A stretch of DNA of 64,000 nucleotides from positions 264,884-328,883 of the forward strand of contig JABHGM010000001.1 in assembly GCA_018672055.1 (NCBI GenBank). Reading direction: 5' to 3'. The notes beneath the pieces are model-generated. The model was not told where the DNA came from. It saw nothing but the letters and a program-made list of their open reading frames with translations, and searched no databases. Below, piece by piece: positions 59,409-64,000 of this stretch (position 1 is its first letter; each line of letters begins with the position of its first letter). This DNA comes from a bacterium. Lineage in GTDB: Bacteria > Patescibacteriota > Patescibacteriia > UBA1558 > UBA10009. A program made the position numbers and the translations under genes.

Positions 59409-59981
59409 ATGATTAAAAAAACATTTTTATCTCAAATTAAAAAGGATTTAATATCTTTTAATAAAGAGCGTAATGAAATATTCAGAGAAACTAGAACTGT
59501 ATTACAAAGCTCTAAATCAGCTATTTTTGCTATGCATAGAAATGACATGGCACAGGCTAAGAAAGATATTAAAAATGCAGAAGCTATTTTAAAGAGTTTA
59601 AACACTAAGTTTAAGAAAGATCAAAGGTTAAGATTTGAAGGTAGTTATAGGGCTGCTGCTGAAGAATATGTTGAAGCTAAAGTATTTATGAATGCTTTAA
59701 CTGATAAGCCAATTGATAAGTTACCTATTAGCACTATTGGACCAGAAGAATATATTGGGGGACTGGCTGATTTAACTGGTGAACTTGTTAGGCAAGCTAT
59801 TTTACAATCTACTAGTGGTGATTTTAAAGTATTAGAGAAATATAAGTTGATTACTGAGGAAATTGTAGCTTTTTTAATGACTCTTTACTTAGGTGGTCAA
59901 TCACGTCATAAGTCGGATGATGCTAAAAGAAATTTAAAAAGATTAGAACAAATAATATATGAAGTCAACCTCAGGAAATAA
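59409..59981 (+). CDS. hypothetical helical protein
   Basis: ORF track 190 aa. Confidence 0.45.
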   Translation: MIKKTFLSQIKKDLISFNKERNEIFRETRTVLQSSKSAIFAMHRNDMAQAKKDIKNAEAILKSLNTKFKKDQRLRFEGSYRAAAEEYVEAKVFMNALTDKPIDKLPISTIGPEEYIGGLADLTGELVRQAILQSTSGDFKVLEKYKLITEEIVAFLMTLYLGGQSRHKSDDAKRNLKRLEQIIYEVNLRK

Positions 59982-60097
59982 AAAATTAGCAAGATCTGTT
60001 AAGAAATATATTCGTCGTGAAAAGTCTAGAATACGTCATACTTATTCTAGTACTAAGGATATAGAAAATAAGATTAAAGAGTTAATGAATAGATTTA

Positions 60098-62146
60098 ATG
60101 GCTAAAACTTTTGTTTTAAAAAATGAATCAGATAAAAAGCTCAAAGTAGATTATAAGTCAGAATTAAATGATGAGCAATACAAGGTCGTAACTTCAGGTG
60201 AAGGACCTTGTTTAGTCTTAGCTGGAGCTGGTTCTGGTAAAACACGTACCATAACTTATCGTGTTGCTTATTTAATAGAAAAAGGCATTAAAGAAGAGAA
60301 TATATTATTGGTTACTTTTACTAATAAAGCAGCTGGTGAAATGTTAAAAAGGGTTTCTGCTTTAATAGGTAAACAACCAGATAAATTATGGGGTGGTACT
60401 TTTCATCACATTGGGAATAGAATATTAAGAAAATATGCTAAGTTGCTCGGCTATCAGTCTAACTTTACTATTCTTGATGAAGGTGATAGTAAAGATTTAT
60501 TAAAATTATGTATTAAAGAAGAAGGAGTTGATGTTAAAGCACGACGTTTTCCTTCAGCAGCTATTTTAAAAGATATAATAAGTTATACTAAGAATTCAGA
60601 ACAAGCCTTAGAGAAAGTAATAGAACTTAGACATCCTAAATGGTTAGAGCTGGAAAATCAAATTCAAAATATTGCTGAGAGGTATAAGTTAAAGAAGAAA
60701 GATAACAATGCTATGGATTTTGATGATCTTTTAGTAAATTGGCTTAAACTTTTAAAAGATAATCCACGTATTAAAGATAGATTAGCTGCTCAATTTCATT
60801 ATATTTTAGTAGATGAATATCAAGATACAAATTATATTCAAGCAGCTATTATAAAAGAACTTGCTTCTGTTCATCATAATGTATTAGTAGTTGGTGATGA
60901 TGCTCAAAGTATTTATTCTTTTAGAGCTGCAGATATAGGTAACATTTTAAATTTTTCTGATAGTTTTAAAGGAGCTTCTATTTTTAAATTAGAAATAAAT
61001 TATAGATCTACTCCTGAAATATTAAAAGTTGCTAACGAAGTTATTAAATATAATGTAGATCAATATCCTAAAATATTGAAAGCTAAGTTAAGTAATTTTG
61101 TTAAACCAAATGTAGTACCAGCTCATAGCGCTGCTCAAGAAGCCAAGTTTATATCAGAACAAATATTAAAATTAAGAGATGAAGGTATTAAGTTAAATAA
61201 AATAGCTGTATTATTTAGAGCAGCTTATCACTCTCAAGAATTAGAGTTTCAACTTACTAAAAAAGATATACCTTACGATTATAGAGGTGGGGTAAGATTT
61301 TTTGAAAGAGCTCATATTAAAGATGTGGTTGCATTTTTAAAAGTAATGACTAATCCTAAAGATGAAGCTGCTTGGCATAGAATATTACAATTACAAGTAG
61401 GTGTAGGCATTGAAACTGCTGCAAAGATTTTTAACAGGATTAAAGACTTAGATTGCCCTATTAAATGTGTTGAAGCTGATTTGTCTGATATATTATCTGT
61501 ACGAGCTAAAATGGGTTGGCAGAATATAGTAAATATATATTTAAAAGATATTGGAATAAAAAAACTTAAGAATTTAAATGATCCAGCTTCTTTTATACGT
61601 TCAATAGCTAAATCTGATTATAGGGAATATTTACAAGCTCAATTTCCTAATTATCAAGAAAGAATTGAAGACTTAGAACAGTTTGCTAAGTTTGCCGAAA
61701 ATTATGAGGATCTAAATGCATTTTTAACAGAAATTACTCTTCAAGAAGCATTTGCTGTAGAAAGGGCTACTCCAGATAATTCAGATGAAGAAAAATTAGT
61801 TTTAAGTACTATCCATCAAGCTAAAGGTTTAGAATGGGAAGTAATTTTTGTAATAAACTTAGTAGATAATGCTTTTCCAAATCAAAGAGCTTTAGCAGAG
61901 GACAATGGTTTAGAAGAAGAAAGAAGATTATTTTACGTAGCTATAACTCGCGCTAAAAAACAATTATTCCTATCATACCCATTAGTAAGTAATCATTCAT
62001 CAATGTATTTAAATACACCTTCTCAGTTTTTACAAGAAACACCTGATGAGCTATTAGAAGAAATTAAATTAATAGAAGGTTTTAGTTCTAAAAGTGATTA
62101 TAATGATTTAAATGGTGATGGTGTACAGTACTTGCCTGAGGTATAA
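60098..62146 (+). CDS. ATP-dependent DNA helicase, UvrD/PcrA/Rep family
   Basis: Motif I AGAGSGKT, motif II VDEYQDTN, motif IV/V/VI pattern. Confidence 0.9.
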   Translation: MAKTFVLKNESDKKLKVDYKSELNDEQYKVVTSGEGPCLVLAGAGSGKTRTITYRVAYLIEKGIKEENILLVTFTNKAAGEMLKRVSALIGKQPDKLWGGTFHHIGNRILRKYAKLLGYQSNFTILDEGDSKDLLKLCIKEEGVDVKARRFPSAAILKDIISYTKNSEQALEKVIELRHPKWLELENQIQNIAERYKLKKKDNNAMDFDDLLVNWLKLLKDNPRIKDRLAAQFHYILVDEYQDTNYIQAAIIKELASVHHNVLVVGDDAQSIYSFRAADIGNILNFSDSFKGASIFKLEINYRSTPEILKVANEVIKYNVDQYPKILKAKLSNFVKPNVVPAHSAAQEAKFISEQILKLRDEGIKLNKIAVLFRAAYHSQELEFQLTKKDIPYDYRGGVRFFERAHIKDVVAFLKVMTNPKDEAAWHRILQLQVGVGIETAAKIFNRIKDLDCPIKCVEADLSDILSVRAKMGWQNIVNIYLKDIGIKKLKNLNDPASFIRSIAKSDYREYLQAQFPNYQERIEDLEQFAKFAENYEDLNAFLTEITLQEAFAVERATPDNSDEEKLVLSTIHQAKGLEWEVIFVINLVDNAFPNQRALAEDNGLEEERRLFYVAITRAKKQLFLSYPLVSNHSSMYLNTPSQFLQETPDELLEEIKLIEGFSSKSDYNDLNGDGVQYLPEV

Positions 62147-62151
62147 AAAAA

Positions 62152-62176
62152 GACCCAGTCGATTTTGACTGGGCTT
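62152..62176. terminator. intrinsic terminator after helicase gene
   Basis: AAAAAAGACCCAGTCGATTTTGACTGGGCTTTGTT. Confidence 0.6.
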
Positions 62177-63284
62177 TGTTAACATCTAAGTTAACCGAAC
62201 CTGCATATTATGCAAACAATAACTCTACTGTACTGTGGTTATTTATTTGCATGGGTTTGATCATCAATAACAGGTTGTTCTTTTGCGCTATTCGTCATGT
62301 TCAATAAAAATAAGTTCACCATAAGGTGTACCTCCTATTTTATTAACTATTATTTGAGTTACTAGCCTCAACTATTTAATTATCGAACAGCTAGTCTCAA
62401 TTAATAGTATATTATATGTTATTTACTTTAATGTCAAATAGAAAGGCCTGATACAAGAATCAGGCCTTTTATAACGAATCTATTTTTTACTTTTTTTATA
62501 AGTTCTTTTATTTCTTAAGAATTTATTTTGTATTGTATAATACCATTTTCGTCTTTTAATTTGACTAGTATTATTAATCTGTAAAAAATAACTTATGCTG
62601 TTAATATTAAGCATTAGTTTTTATGGTTATGTTATGTAAAGCTTTTAATGGAATTATCTTAAAATATAAAAAGCTTTTTAAAATTTATTTTAAGATCTCT
62701 TTTTTAAAATGTACAAATCATTAAATACTATAGCTTATATAATAGGTTTAGTCAAAGAGAGAAGGTCCAGAAAATACTCTGGACCTTCGATTTTTGCCTG
62801 CCTCCGCAGGTCTTTATCATTTAAACCATTGTGTTGATTAACTGTTATTTTGCATTTTTTCATCTGAAATGCACATTTCTAGACTGTTTAATGATACAAT
62901 CAAGAGCTCATCTCCTTTTGCGTTTCTAACGCTTTTTTTGTTTGGACTCAAGTCACAATGACTATTCCATTAATATTATATTAACTCATATAATATACTT
63001 AGTCAATAAAAAAATGGGTCGAATGAAATATTCGACCCACTCGTGCCATTAAAACCCTACTCCCTATAAGAGTATTTGCACATGAGACCTTCTTTAATAT
63101 GATAGCCTAATTCCCAATGTCAATAAAAGATTTAGGTTTTTATTTATCTATTATTAAAGACTATATCTCTGACCTTATTTAACACAATTTAAATCAAATA
63201 AGATAATAAAAATCTATCAAATTAAGAGTTATTTGTCAATAACTTTAGTAAATAGCTATTTTATGCTAAAATAGAAATCACATT

Positions 63285-63629
63285 ATGAAAATACTTGGTA
63301 AAGTAATAAATGGAGATGGCGAGGGTAAAGGCTTAGGTTTTCCTACTGCTAATCTTAAGTTAGAAAATAGTTTAAATTTAGAAGATGGTGTATATATTGG
63401 TGAAGTTAATTTTAATAAAAAGTTATTTAAAGCTTTAGTAATAAAAGGAGTTAGAAATGAATTAGAAGTATGGCTTTATGATTTTACAGGGGATTTGTAT
63501 GGTGAAGTATTAGAAGTAGTAATAGGTAATAAGATTAGTAAAGTTGAAAAAATAGAAGATAAGGAACAATTAATTGAGAAAATTAAAAATGATATTAATA
63601 TAGCTAAAAGTGTATGGGAGATAAATTAG
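63285..63629 (+). CDS. riboflavin kinase (stand-alone RibF C-terminal-like domain)
   Basis: GDGEGKGLGFPTANL motif near N-terminus. Confidence 0.65.
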   Translation: MKILGKVINGDGEGKGLGFPTANLKLENSLNLEDGVYIGEVNFNKKLFKALVIKGVRNELEVWLYDFTGDLYGEVLEVVIGNKISKVEKIEDKEQLIEKIKNDINIAKSVWEIN

Positions 63630-64000
63630 TTTTAGATTTAGAAACCAAAAAATCATTTGAAGAAGTAGGTGGTTACCATAATAATAAAGATCTTGGTGTT
63701 TCTTTGTGTGGTGTTTATTCATATGATAGAGATAAGTATAAAGCGTTTAGAGAAGAAGAATTTAAAGAGATGGCTACCTGGTTAAAAGAAGCTGAGCTAA
63801 TAATAGGTTTTAATTCAAAAAGTTTTGATTTTGCAGTACTACAACCATACTATAAATTTAATCTATCAAAATTACCTCACTTAGATATATTAGAAGAAAT
63901 AACTCATGCTTTGGGTCATAGATTAAAATTAGAGACATTAGCTCAGGCAACACTTGGTGAAGGTAAATCAGGTTCTGGTTTAGATGCTTTGTGGTATTAT
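63614..64000 (+). CDS. RNase H-like fold 3'-5' exonuclease-like protein, 3'-partial (runs off window)
   Basis: Hand translation MGDKLVLDLETKKSFEEVGGYHNNKDLGVSLCGVYSY...; VLDLET acidic motif typical of DEDD/RNase-H-like exonucleases; overlaps end of upstream gene in another frame. Confidence 0.4.
   Translation, partial: MGDKLVLDLETKKSFEEVGGYHNNKDLGVSLCGVYSYDRDKYKAFREEEFKEMATWLKEAELIIGFNSKSFDFAVLQPYYKFNLSKLPHLDILEEITHALGHRLKLETLAQATLGEGKSGSGLDALWYY

Noticed and set aside
59958-60105. 48-codon basic ORF (MKSTSGNKKLARSVKKYIRREKSRIRHTYSS...) between the 190-aa gene and the helicase
   Set aside because: It overlaps the stop of the upstream gene in another frame. It has no clear RBS and no recognisable family. 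It may still be a real small basic protein, but the evidence is insufficient.

Overview
This is an AT-rich, compactly coded bacterial window (roughly 30% GC, standard stop codons). From gene content and protein style I infer a reduced-genome, probably anaerobic lineage, CPR/Patescibacteria-like. The gene content supporting this is B12-dependent NrdJ, QueA/QueH, 2-oxoacid:ferredoxin oxidoreductase, superoxide reductase, lysine-rich protein tails and many small membrane proteins. Core genes I recognise are pnp, rpsO, gyrA, ruvB, queA, queH, ychF and a UvrD/PcrA-type helicase. Others are a Fur/PerR-type regulator with an IscS-NifU-rubredoxin-ferritin-peroxiredoxin-SOR operon, a ferredoxin plus OFOR alpha/beta, MscS, a CNNM/CorC transporter and riboflavin kinase. 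The left third (about 5.86-26.1 kb) looks like an accessory island downstream of a tRNA-Arg/tRNA-His pair. It opens with a large serine recombinase whose 3' end overlaps tRNA-His, together with a small excisionase-family HTH gene and a small membrane protein. Inside the island, 12.3-20.9 kb is a striking array. About ten unrelated ORFs (secreted or lipoproteins, membrane proteins, an ABC-F ATPase, a cold-shock protein), on both strands, are each separated by copies of a conserved intergenic repeat. The repeat core is TTAGTTCGAACATC[C/G]TCTACGAAGGGACCCCA, or a related ...GTTACGACTGCCACCCCA core. Every copy is in the same orientation and is followed by one of two interchangeable terminator-like hairpins; some copies also carry a TTGTCAA -35-like box. 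I consider this the most likely undescribed system in the window. I read it as a repeat-delimited cassette array, or alternatively a family of small promoter-plus-terminator elements or sRNAs. Other points of interest are listed next. There is a C9/G7 homopolymer inverted repeat flanking about 125 bp in a divergent promoter region. There is an uncharacterised three-gene module (TIGR04255-like). There are tandem paralog families at 30.5-32.2 kb and 58.5-59.3 kb. There is a B12 scavenging and utilisation cluster around nrdJ. There is an ORF-free 1.1 kb hairpin-rich stretch at 62.1-63.3 kb. All functional calls come from reading motifs in the supplied translations; no database search was possible.
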